A DNA stretch of 64,000 nt from an uncultured delta proteobacterium (GTDB lineage Bacteria; Desulfobacterota; Binatia; UBA9968): the NCBI GenBank assembly GCA_963771465.1, contig CAVYTU010000012.1, positions 1-64,000 on the forward strand. The letters run 5' to 3'. Under the pieces are notes generated by a model, which saw only the letters and a list, made by a program, of their open reading frames with translations, was not told the origin of the DNA and ran no database searches. This document shows, in pieces, positions 1 to 8,791 of the stretch; the first letter of the stretch is position 1; every line of letters starts with the position of its first letter. The translations under genes were made by a program, and so were the position numbers.

Positions 1-218
1 CAACCGTGAAGGTGGCGGACAAGACCGATCGCCAGCTCGCAATGGCGCAAAACTTCCAGCGCAAGGCGCGATTCTATTTGGATTTCGTCGAGACGAAAAA
101 CTCGACCGCCTTCCCCGCGCCGCAGGAGGCCGCGCGGATTCTCGGCGAGTCGATTGATTTTTCCCGGAAAGGGCAGATCGCACTGCGTGACGGCAAAAGC
201 GGAGCGCGCGCCAAATGA
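1..218 (+). pseudogene. nrfA: C-terminal fragment of cytochrome c nitrite reductase NrfA, probably degenerate
   Basis: QRKARFYLDFVETKNSTAFPAPQEAARILGESIDFSRKGQ matches the NrfA C-terminal consensus RKAQ(F/W)xLDFxxAENSxGFHAPQEAARILGExID. AENS has become TKNS and GFH has become AFP. The 5' part lies outside the window. Confidence 0.7.
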
Positions 219-276
219 CCTCTCTCGGTATCGCTTCCGGAAAATTCATCTGGCCCAAAGCGCCGTCTTTGATTGT

Positions 277-294
277 ATTGGACCAAAGTCCAAT
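277..294 (+). promoter_or_regulatory. Palindromic operator, copy 1 (ATTGGAC-CAAA-GTCCAAT), upstream of the fdn operon
   Basis: Perfect 7-4-7 inverted repeat; TATCGC at 317-322. Confidence 0.85.
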
Positions 295-406
295 GTACAA
301 ACTACTTTGCCTAGGCTATCGCAATCACAGAGTCGACGATCTTACTGAAGCTCTTGGTCAATCGCGCAGATCGACAACCCGCGTTTAGCCTCATACGGAG
401 GAAAAG

Positions 407-3400
407 ATGAAAGACAGGCATGAGGACGAGCGAAGGCCAGAAGACCACGATGATGCGAACAATCCCGCAGCGCCGCGTTCGACCCGCAGGCAATTTCTCA
501 AGGGACTGACCACCGGCACCGTGGCGATCGGCGCCTTGACCCAGGCCGGCTGCGCGCCGGCGATTCCGCCGCTCAAAACCCGCGGCGCGACCAACACGTC
601 GACCGTGTGCCCTTTCTGCGGCGTCGGCTGCGGCCAAGTGGTCTCCGCCCGCGCCGGTAAGGTAATCCACATCGAAGGCGATCCTCAGCATCCCATCAGC
701 GAAGGCACCTTGTGCAGCAAGGGAGCCGCCGGCATTCAGGTGGTGAACAACTCGCGTCGGCTGCAGAAGGTGCTTTACCGCGCGCCCGGCGGCGCGGCGT
801 GGGAAGAGAAGAGTTGGGACTGGGCGCTGCCGCGGATTGCCGCGCGTGTCAAACAAACCCGCGATAAAACTTTCCAGACCACAACCGAGGGGCGCACGGT
901 AAACCGCACCGAAGCGATCGCGTGCCTGGGCGGCTCGGCGCTCGATAACGAGGAAGCCTACGCCCTCGTAAAACTCATGAGGTCTCTTGGCCTGGTGTAC
1001 ATCGAACACCAGGCCCGGCTCTGACACAGCTCCACGGTCGCCGGTTTGGCGGCCTCCTTCGGCAGGGGAGCGATGACCAATCATTGGATCGACATGCTGA
1101 ACGCCGACGTCGTTCTGATCATGGGCGGAAATCCGGCGGAAGATCATCCCATCGCGATGAATTGGCTGGCCCGCGCCAAGGAGCAGGGCACCTATATCCT
1201 GCACGTCGATCCGCGCTTCAACCGCACCAGCTCGATCGCCGATGTGTTCGCGAAACTGCGCTCTGGCACCGACATCGCTTTTGTCGGCGGCATGATCAAT
1301 TACGCCATCGAGCACAACCGCATCCACGAAGAATACGTTCGCGAGTATACCAACGCGTCATGGATATTGGGCGACGATTACAATTTTTCCGACGGCCTTT
1401 TCGCCGGCTACGATCCGCAAAAACGGAGCTACGATAAATCGCGCTGGGCTTTTGCAATGGACGGGCAGGGGCGGCCGCGCCGCGACCCGACGCTCAAACA
1501 TCCGCGTTGTGTGTTCCAGTTAATGAAGCAGCACTTCTCCCGTTACAATGTCGACAAAGTTTGCAGCACCACCGGGACGCCGAAAGAAAATTATGTGAAA
1601 GTTTGCGATCTCTATACGTCGACGTTCGCTCCGGAACGCGCCGGCACATGGCTTTATGCCATGGGCACAGCGCAGCATAGCCACGGCACGCAGAACATCC
1701 GTTCCTACGCGATCCTGCAGCTGCTGCTTGGCAACATCGGCGTCGCCGGCGGCGGCGTCAACGCCATGCGCGGCGAATCCAACGTGCAGGGATCGACCGA
1801 TCAGGGGCTGAATTTCGACGGGTTGCCGGGCTACCTGCGGCTGCCGATCGAGAGCGATACCGATTTGAAAACCTATCTCTCGCGCGTGACGCCGACGAGC
1901 ATGGATCCGTCGAGCAGCGCCAACTGGCTGCAAAACACGCCCAAGTATGTCGTGAGTCTATTGAAAGCATGGTGGGGCGAGCACGCCAAGACGGAGAACG
2001 AATTCGACTTCGCCTACCTGCCTAAGCTTGGCCGTGGCTTTCAGGGAAAGGGTTACTCCTTCCTCGCGCTCACGCACGCGATGCTTGCCGGCGACCTGAA
2101 GGGCCTTTTCTGCTTCGGCCAGAATCCCGCGGTCGGCGGCGCCAACGCCCGTCTAATTCGCTCCGGATTGGATAAGCTTGAATGGCTGGTGGTCGCCGAT
2201 CTCTTCGAGCATGAGACCGCAGGCTTCTGGAAGCGGCCCGGCGCCGATCCGGCGAAAATTCCCACCGAAGTGTTTGTCCTGCCCGCCTCTTCCGGCGTCG
2301 AGAAAGAAGGCAGCATCGTTAACAGCGGGCGCTGGGTGCAGTGGCGCCACCGCGCGATCAAGCCGATCGCCGACTGCCGCCCCGATCTCGACATCGTCGA
2401 CGGACTGGTAAAGGCATTAAAACGCGCCTACGAAAAGGACGGTGTATTTCCCGAGCCGATCCGCCATCTCGCATGGGATTACGGCGAACATCCGGAACCG
2501 ACGCGGGTCACGCGGGAGTTGAACGGCCGCTTTCTTACCAACGTCGAAGAAAAAGACGGCAAGATCTTCGCGGCGGGCACCCAGGTGCCCGGGTTCGCGC
2601 AGCTGCGCGACGACGGCACCACGATGTCAGGCAACTGGATCTATTGCGGCAGCTTCACCGAGCAGGGCAATCTCGCGATTCGGCGCGACATGACCGATGC
2701 GACGAACAAAATCGGCCTCCATCCGAATTGGGCTTGGGTTTGGCCGATGAACCGGCGCATTCTGTACAATCGCGCGTCGGTCAATCGCAAAGGCGAGCCG
2801 TTCAATCCGCGCAAGTGGGTGATTCGCTGGAACGCGGAGAAGAAAGTATGGGAAGGCGATGTGCCGGACGGCGCCCTGCCGCCGGGCGAAATAAACCCAT
2901 TCATAATGCAGTCGTCGGGCGTGGGACACCTCTATTCGCCGGATCTCGCCGACGGTCCGTTCCCCGAACACTACGAGCCGGTAGAGAGCCCGGTGAAGAA
3001 TCCGTTTTCGAAAATCCAATCGAGCCCGTGCGCTGAAGTCTGGCAGTCGACCGAGTTCGACAAATACGGCACGCCGGCGGAGTTTCCGATCGTCGCGACG
3101 ACTTTTCGCGTTTCCGAACACTGGCAGACCGGCGCGATGAGCCGCAATATGCCTTGGCTTGTCGGTCTCGTGCCGAGTGCATTCGTGGAGCTTGGCACCG
3201 CGCTGGCACAGCGTCTCGGGATCAAGAGCGGCGACCGCGTGATCGTCAGCAGCGCGCGTGGGGCCATCGAAGTGTACGCGCTCGTCACCGAACGCTTCCA
3301 ACCGTTTTTCGTTGAGGGACAGATGGTCGATGAGATCGGCCTGCCATGGCATTGGGGCTACGCAGGCATCGTGCCCGGCGATATCGCCAATGATCTCACC

Positions 3401-3487
3401 GCCAGCGTCGGCGACCCGAATTCGAAGATTCCCGAGACCAAAGTTTTTCTCTGCAATCTGCGGAAAAAGCAAAGCGCGTCAGTTTAG
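407..3487 (+). CDS. fdnG: Formate dehydrogenase-N-type alpha subunit, selenocysteine-containing (Sec codon 1022-1024), Tat-exported molybdo/tungstoenzyme
   Basis: ORFs 407-1024 and 1046-3487 are in one frame: HQARL-UGA-HSSTVAGLAASFGRGAMTNHW (E. coli FdnG NQARVUHGPTVASLAPTFGRGAMTNHW). Also a Tat motif TRRQFLK, CPFCGVGC...C Fe-S motif, RGESNVQG and GPFPEHYEP. Confidence 0.96.
1036..1054 (+). promoter_or_regulatory. Bacterial SECIS element
   Basis: Stem GGUCGCC/GGCGGCC (7 bp, one G-U pair) with loop GGUUU, separated from the UGA by 11 nt, as in E. coli fdhF. Confidence 0.88.
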
Positions 3488-3521
3488 CGCAGCGCAACCG
3501 GAAAGCCTCGGAACGGATGAC

Positions 3522-3593
3522 TCACCACGAAGGACACTCAGACCACGAAGGGGAAAATAATTTTTTTCCTGTCCTTCGTGTGCTTCGCGGTGA
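3522..3593. repeat. REP-like intergenic hairpin (TCACCACGAAG...CTTCGCGGTGA)
   Basis: Nested inverted repeats CACGAAG/CTTCGTG around an A/T-rich loop between fdnG and the beta-subunit gene. Confidence 0.7.
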
Positions 3594-3639
3594 AATCGAG
3601 CGGTCGAAAGATTTCCGCTAGCGCGAAAGGGACCTGTAA

Positions 3640-4449
3640 ATGAGCACACCGAACGTTAAACCCAAGGCGATGATTCAGGACAATACCCGGTGCATCGGCT
3701 GCCGCGCCTGCATGGTTGCGTGCAAATCATGGAACGACCGGCCCGAGGACAAGACCGATTTTTTCGCCGGTTTAGGGTATCAAAACCCGCGCGACCTCGA
3801 TGCCAACAATTACACGCTCATCACTTTCAACGAGGTCGTCACCACCGAGAAGCCCGATTGGGTATTCGGGCGCCAGCTGTGCATGCACTGCGATCAGCCC
3901 GCCTGCGCCTCGGCGTGCCCGACTACCGCGATGTTCAAAACGGATCTCGGCCCCGTCGTGTTCGACGAGTCGCGCTGCATCGGTTGCCGCGCGTGCATGC
4001 AGGCATGCCCCTTCATCATTCCGAAATACGATTACGAGAGCTTCGCGCCGAAGATCCACAAATGCACGTTTTGCGCCGACCGCCTGGAAGTTGGACTCGA
4101 GCCCGCCTGCGCGACCGTATGCCCCACCGGCGCCATTAGCTTCGGCGACCGCGACGATATGGTTGTCGAAGCCAAGCGGCGCATCGCGAGCGCCCCCGGC
4201 GCCTACATTCCGGAAATCTACGGACTGGACGAAGTCGGCGGCACCAGCGTGCTGCATCTGTCATCCGTGCCGTTCGAAAAGATCGGCTACATTACCGGCC
4301 TGCCGAAAACGGCGATGCCGGACCTGACGCACCGCTGGCTGCGCGTCACGGCGCCGGTGTTCGCGGTCTTGTATGGGGTGTTTGGCGCGCTCAACTGGAT
4401 CGTGCGCCGGCGCATGCGCCGCCAAGGGCACGACGGAGAACACACATGA
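3640..4449 (+). CDS. fdnH: 4x[4Fe-4S] electron-transfer subunit (FdnH/HybA family) with C-terminal membrane anchor
   Basis: CIGCRACMVAC, CMHCDQPACASACP, CIGCRACMQACP and CTFC...CATVCP motifs; EVGGTSVL; C-terminal TM helix. Confidence 0.9.
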   Translation: MSTPNVKPKAMIQDNTRCIGCRACMVACKSWNDRPEDKTDFFAGLGYQNPRDLDANNYTLITFNEVVTTEKPDWVFGRQLCMHCDQPACASACPTTAMFKTDLGPVVFDESRCIGCRACMQACPFIIPKYDYESFAPKIHKCTFCADRLEVGLEPACATVCPTGAISFGDRDDMVVEAKRRIASAPGAYIPEIYGLDEVGGTSVLHLSSVPFEKIGYITGLPKTAMPDLTHRWLRVTAPVFAVLYGVFGALNWIVRRRMRRQGHDGEHT

Positions 4450-5627
4450 ACTGGCGCATCCGGCTTACCTGGTGGGACAAACTGCTGCTGGCCATTGTGG
4501 CGGTCGCCGCGGTCTTTGGCTTCGTGCGCTTCGCCACCGGCATCGGCAGCATCGCCAATATCAACAACGCTTATCCGTGGGGCTGGTGGGTCGGCTACGG
4601 CATCATGACGCTGATCGCCATCGGCGGCGTCGGCTTCACGATCACCGCTCTGGTGGAGATTTTAGGCGTGCACCGCTACCACTCTTTTCTGCGCCCGGCC
4701 GTGCTCATGGCTTTTCTTTGCTATGCCAGCGCGATCACCATGCTCATGGTGGAGCTTGGCCGGCCGTGGATGGTCTGGATGGTCCTCGTCTCCTGGGCGC
4801 CGACCTCCGCGTTGTACGAAGTCGGCTGGTGCGCGTTTTTGTATCTCACGGTGCTCGCTTTGGAATTCGCGCGGGTGCCGCTCGAGGAGGCCGGCTGGAA
4901 GCGCGCATTTCGTGTCGTCAGCGCGATTTACATCCCAATCATGCTCCTCGGTGTTACGCTGTCGCATCTCCATCAGTCATCGCTCGGCACGCTGATGACG
5001 CTCATCCCGCACAAAATCAACGCCCTGTGGTGGTCGGATAATTTGCCCTTGCTTTATCTTTTCTCCGCGATGATGGCCGGTCCGGCGCTGGCGATTCTCG
5101 AACACCTCGCCGCGGCCCGTTGGCTCGGCTTTGCGCCGCGCATGGATTTGCTCGCCGGGTTGGCGCGCATCGAAACCTGGCTCGTGGGGCTGTTCCTGGC
5201 CTTTCAGATGGGCGATCTGTTCTACCGCGGCGCTGAGGGCGCATTGTTCACCGCGAGTTGGTTCGCGTTGTCGTTCTGGGTCGAGATCGGCTTCGGTCTG
5301 CTGCTGCCGTTTGTGCTGCTGTTGATGCCGGAAGCGCGCGCAAGCCGCACAGCGCTGGCAACCGCGTGCAGCCTAATCCTCGCGGGCGTCTTGCTGCACC
5401 GTCTGAATGTGGCCGTGATCGGCTTGCGCGTGCGCCACTGGGAAACCTACGTGCCGTCGATCGGCGAGGTAACCATCACGCTCGGGATCACCGCGGCGGC
5501 GCTCTTTGTGTTTGGCTGGCTTGTGCGCATCTTGCCGATACACGAGGAATTGCCGGCGCCGCAGACGCGCCAACCTGTGGCCGCACATCCGGTCGCAACA
5601 CTGCACGGCGCGCAAGGAGTAACGTGA
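4446..5627 (+). CDS. NrfD/PsrC-family membrane anchor (HybB-like)
   Basis: N-x-N-x-x-YPWGWW, ELGRPW, SALYEVGWC and LHQSSLG motifs; about 10 TM helices; ATGA overlap with the upstream gene. Confidence 0.9.
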   Translation: MNWRIRLTWWDKLLLAIVAVAAVFGFVRFATGIGSIANINNAYPWGWWVGYGIMTLIAIGGVGFTITALVEILGVHRYHSFLRPAVLMAFLCYASAITMLMVELGRPWMVWMVLVSWAPTSALYEVGWCAFLYLTVLALEFARVPLEEAGWKRAFRVVSAIYIPIMLLGVTLSHLHQSSLGTLMTLIPHKINALWWSDNLPLLYLFSAMMAGPALAILEHLAAARWLGFAPRMDLLAGLARIETWLVGLFLAFQMGDLFYRGAEGALFTASWFALSFWVEIGFGLLLPFVLLLMPEARASRTALATACSLILAGVLLHRLNVAVIGLRVRHWETYVPSIGEVTITLGITAAALFVFGWLVRILPIHEELPAPQTRQPVAAHPVATLHGAQGVT

Positions 5628-5628
5628 T

Positions 5629-6189
5629 ATGATACCGGAACGAGCGCCGCGCCTGCCTGCGTTTCGCATCGTTGTGATGCTAGTGATTGCCGTGAACCTG
5701 ATCCTCACGATCGCGGTTATTACGCAAATACGCGATCTACAGCAGCGCGTTGCAAGCTTACCGCCGAATCTTGCGACCAAGGTCGACGTCGCGATGTTGC
5801 GGCCGCTTCGAGTGCGCGAGATTCTGATGCAGAACTGCGTCGAGTGCCACAGCTCACGCCGCCTCGGCACGACGATCTCGATGGAGCCGGGGCAAATTCA
5901 GAGCACCGTAGAACGAATGCAAGCCCATCCCGGCGCCAATATTCCAGCGAGCGAACTGGAGCGGATCAGCGCTTCGCTAATGGTCGCGCGCTGCGCGCGC
6001 TGCCATGGCGAGGAGACGCTCAACTTGATGGTGCTTAAAACGCAGCCCGAGCGCGTCGCGACGATCCGCCGCATGGCCGCGCTTCCCGGCTCCGGGGTGC
6101 GCGCTGACCAGGCGCTCGCGGTTGCACAAGCGTTCGAAAAACTGATTCATGAAACGGACGGCGGTAGGTCAGGTGGTGGCCAGAAGTAA
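5629..6189 (+). CDS. Membrane-anchored diheme c-type cytochrome with two tandem domains
   Basis: N-terminal TM helix; CVECH and CARCH, each followed by T(V/I)xRMxxxPG. Confidence 0.85.
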   Translation: MIPERAPRLPAFRIVVMLVIAVNLILTIAVITQIRDLQQRVASLPPNLATKVDVAMLRPLRVREILMQNCVECHSSRRLGTTISMEPGQIQSTVERMQAHPGANIPASELERISASLMVARCARCHGEETLNLMVLKTQPERVATIRRMAALPGSGVRADQALAVAQAFEKLIHETDGGRSGGGQK

Positions 6190-6413
6190 AGCGGCCACAT
6201 GGCGTGAACAATTGTGTTGTAAAAGCATGGAAAGAGACAGCTCGCGCGAATGAAGGCGATGAATGATCTCGGCGAGAGCGCGACCTCGATCGCCGGGAGA
6301 ATGGGCCGAAGTCACAACACCGTACTCCGCCGAGTAGGCAGAGAGCGCGTTATCAGGCAGGCCACGGAATCCAACGAATGGATGTAATGTCAGGTAGAAA
6401 GGAGCCAGTTAAC

Positions 6414-7071
6414 ATGAAGGCAATTATTTGTGTGATCGTGTCAGCATTGTTCAGCGCGTGCGCTACGGTTTCTCCGCGCGATGCGATGCAGGCAGATGTT
6501 GATCAAGCAGCGGCCATCATTGAACGGTTTGAGGCGATCCCGGAGAAAGGAATTCCGCCCGCCGTCATGCGCGCAGCGAGAGGTGTGGCGATTCTTACCG
6601 TCACAAAGGCCGGGTTTATTGGTAGTGCCAGAGGCGGTACTGGAGTTGTCATTGCGCGGACCGAAAAAGGTTGGAGCGCCCCGTCCGCGATCGGTACGGG
6701 GGGACTTGGCGTCGGTTTTCAAGCCGGGGTCGAGATCACCGAATTCGTTATTGTCCTCAACACTCCGGCTGCTGTTGATGCGTTTGCCAAACAGGGCAAC
6801 GTCACGCTTGGCGGCAACCTCAGTCGTAGCGGCGGGTCCTGTGGGACGCACGGCCGAGGCCGGCGTAGCTTTGCAAGCAGCGATTTACAGTTATAGCCGG
6901 AGCCAGGGACTATTTGCCGGCGTTTCCCTCGAGGGCACCGGCCTAGGTACGCGAGATGACGCCAACGCCGCGTATTACGGCAAGCCGGTTACGGCGGGAG
7001 AGATTCTTAGCGGCAGAGTACAGCCGCCTGCGGGCACGCGGAACTTACTGGCCGCTTTATCCAAATATTGA
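6414..7071 (+). CDS. YSC84/SYLF lipid-binding-domain lipoprotein (one frameshift near 6820)
   Basis: LFSAC lipobox; KAGFIG..GGTGV, WSAP, G.QAG, then AAGPVGR..YSYSRSQGLFAGVSLEG in the next frame. Confidence 0.88.
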
Positions 7072-7221
7072 GGCAAGCGGAATAGTGCGGTGGAGTTGCG
7101 AGCGAGCTCATCGAACTCATAATGAGCGCATAAAGTGCCTCGTCCGCATGCATCCCTACACGATTTCAATGCGATAAGCCGACTAATAGTCCGAGTAAAT
7201 TTCCAACTGCTTGCTAGTGAG

Positions 7222-7385
7222 GGGCTGCCCCGCTCGGGCGTGCGAGCGGATCAGGTACTCGCCACCGCGCTAGCATTCGAGAAGCTGATTGTTGAAACGG
7301 ACGGCGGTTAGGTGAGTAGTGGGAAGTAGTAAGCAGCCACATGGCGTAAACAATTCTGCTGCCAAAATCACCGAAAGAGATAGTT
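7222..7385 (+). pseudogene. Diverged copy of the 3' end and trailer of the diheme cytochrome gene (source about 6081-6243)
   Basis: GLPRSGVRADQVLATALAFEKLIVETDGG* versus ALPGSGVRADQALAVAQAFEKLIHETDGG; the downstream GCCACATGGCGT..ACAATT is also conserved. Confidence 0.85.
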
Positions 7386-7473
7386 CCTCATGAGGTCGCC
7401 CAAATGAAACTGACGAGACGGCGAGGTATTCGATCTCAATATCGATCTGAAACGCCAAGGCGAGGCGCGGCCG

Positions 7474-7749
7474 ATGAATGAGGCTGTTCTGACAGCTGCT
7501 GAGAAACGGGTTCTGACTCAGGTTTCCCGATCGCTGACCAATCGCGAGATCGCCTTGAGTTTGGCGATCAGCCCCGCCACGGTCAAGCGACACCTGGAAA
7601 ATATTCTGCGCAAGCTAGGAGTGCGTAACCGCGTCGAAGCGGCGATATTTCACTTGAGCATGGCTACGCGGTGCACGTCCAACGATTGTCCACTGACTGC
7701 ATGGCGGAAATGGCACGAGAACAGGAGAAATGGGCCGATCGGCCAATAG
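7474..7749 (+). CDS. Stand-alone LuxR/NarL-family HTH regulator (no receiver domain)
   Basis: LTAAEKRVL...LTNREIA..L.ISPATVKRHLENILRKLGVRNRVEAA; C-terminal C-x4-CPL. Confidence 0.88.
   Translation: MNEAVLTAAEKRVLTQVSRSLTNREIALSLAISPATVKRHLENILRKLGVRNRVEAAIFHLSMATRCTSNDCPLTAWRKWHENRRNGPIGQ
7730..7747 (+). promoter_or_regulatory. Degenerate copy of the palindromic operator (ATGGGCC-GATC-GGCCAAT) upstream of mtrA
   Basis: Same 7-4-7 geometry ending in CCAATAG; TGC-TATAAG -10 at 7771-7776. Confidence 0.6.
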
Positions 7750-7809
7750 ATTTTATTTTCTCAGCGATGCTATAAGCCAGTCATAATTCCGAGTGCCAGA
7801 CGGAGAGTT

Positions 7810-8778
7810 ATGAGACGATTTTTTTTCATGTCGTTGGCTGGTGTGCTTGTGTTTTACATTGCGCAATTCGACTCTGGCCGGCCGAAAAGGAACCGGCTAA
7901 GGAGGCGCCGAAGCCCAAGCTTGAAGCGCCGACTTATGTCGGCAACGAAGTCTGCCAAGGTTGTCACGCTCCCGCCTTTGAAAAATTTTCCGCCACGGTG
8001 ATGGGCAAAATTTTTCTCCACAGCCCACGCAACGAGACTGAGAAGCGAGCCTGTGAAAATTGCCATGGCCCCGGTAGCAATCACGTTGCCGCAGGCGGCG
8101 GCAAAGGGACCGGCGGCATGATCACGTTTCGTAAGGATTCCGGCGAGTCAGCCGAGGTACAGAACACGACGTGTCTCACCTGCCATCAGCGGGGAGTTCA
8201 AACCTATTGGAAGGCGAGTCCGCACGCGAGCCGCGGCATGTCCTGCGTCAGCTGTCACACGTTGATGGAAAAAACCACCGACCGTTACCAACTCGCGAAG
8301 GTCGGCGACCATACGCCGTTCTTTAACAAGCGTGCGCAGACGGAAGTCTGCGGTCAGTGCCATCTACAGCGCAAAGCGCAGCTCATGCGTTCGTCTCATA
8401 TGCCGCTGCGAGAAGGAAAGATGACTTGTACCGATTGTCATAATCCACACGGATCGCCGCAATCCGGCGCAGCTCATGCAAACCAGTGTCAATGAAAACT
8501 GTTACACCTGTCACGCCGAGAGGCGCGGACCTTTTCTTTGGGAACACCCGCCGGCCCTAGAGAATTGCTCCACCTGTCATGAGCCGCACGGCACCGTTAA
8601 CGATCGCCTACTTAAAGTTACCGATCCAAGGCTGTGCACTCAATGTCACACGGAGACCCAGCACCCCGCCACGCCGCGGGATCGCAATTCGAGGTTTTTC
8701 TTTAATCGTAGTTGCACCAATTGTCACAGCCAGGTCCATGGATCGAATCATCCCTCGGGGCGTCGCTTTATGCGCTAA
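7810..8778 (+). CDS. mtrA: Decaheme cytochrome c, MtrA/MtoA/DmsE family (two frameshifts, near 7870-7900 and 8460)
   Basis: Ten CxxCH motifs across the frames (CQGCH, CENCH, CLTCH, CVSCH, CGQCH, CTDCH, CYTCH, CSTCH, CTQCH, CTNCH); RGPFLWEHPP and VHGSNHPSG terminus. Confidence 0.92.
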
Positions 8779-8791
8779 GAGGAGACCCACA

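Noticed and set aside
1022-1024. TGA as a true stop (split or pseudogenised fdnG)
   Set aside because: It lies at the Sec position and has a correctly spaced SECIS
311-1327. 338-aa minus-strand ORF and the many other long antisense ORFs (e.g. 2627-3472, 17183-18001, 19068-19874, 23824-24663)
   Set aside because: Shadow frames of well-supported + strand genes in GC-rich DNA; no motifs
7176-7196. GCCGACTAATAGTCCGAG (and GTGGACTGACGATCAAG near 30196) as extra operator copies
   Set aside because: Wrong spacer length or too many mismatches
7810-8778. Programmed frameshifting in mtrA or other split genes
   Set aside because: No slippery heptamer plus structure; similar indels are scattered across unrelated genes
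8579-8791. 71-aa N-terminal extension of MtrB in the ORF track
   Set aside because: It overlaps mtrA; the RBS-preceded ATG at 8792 is the plausible start
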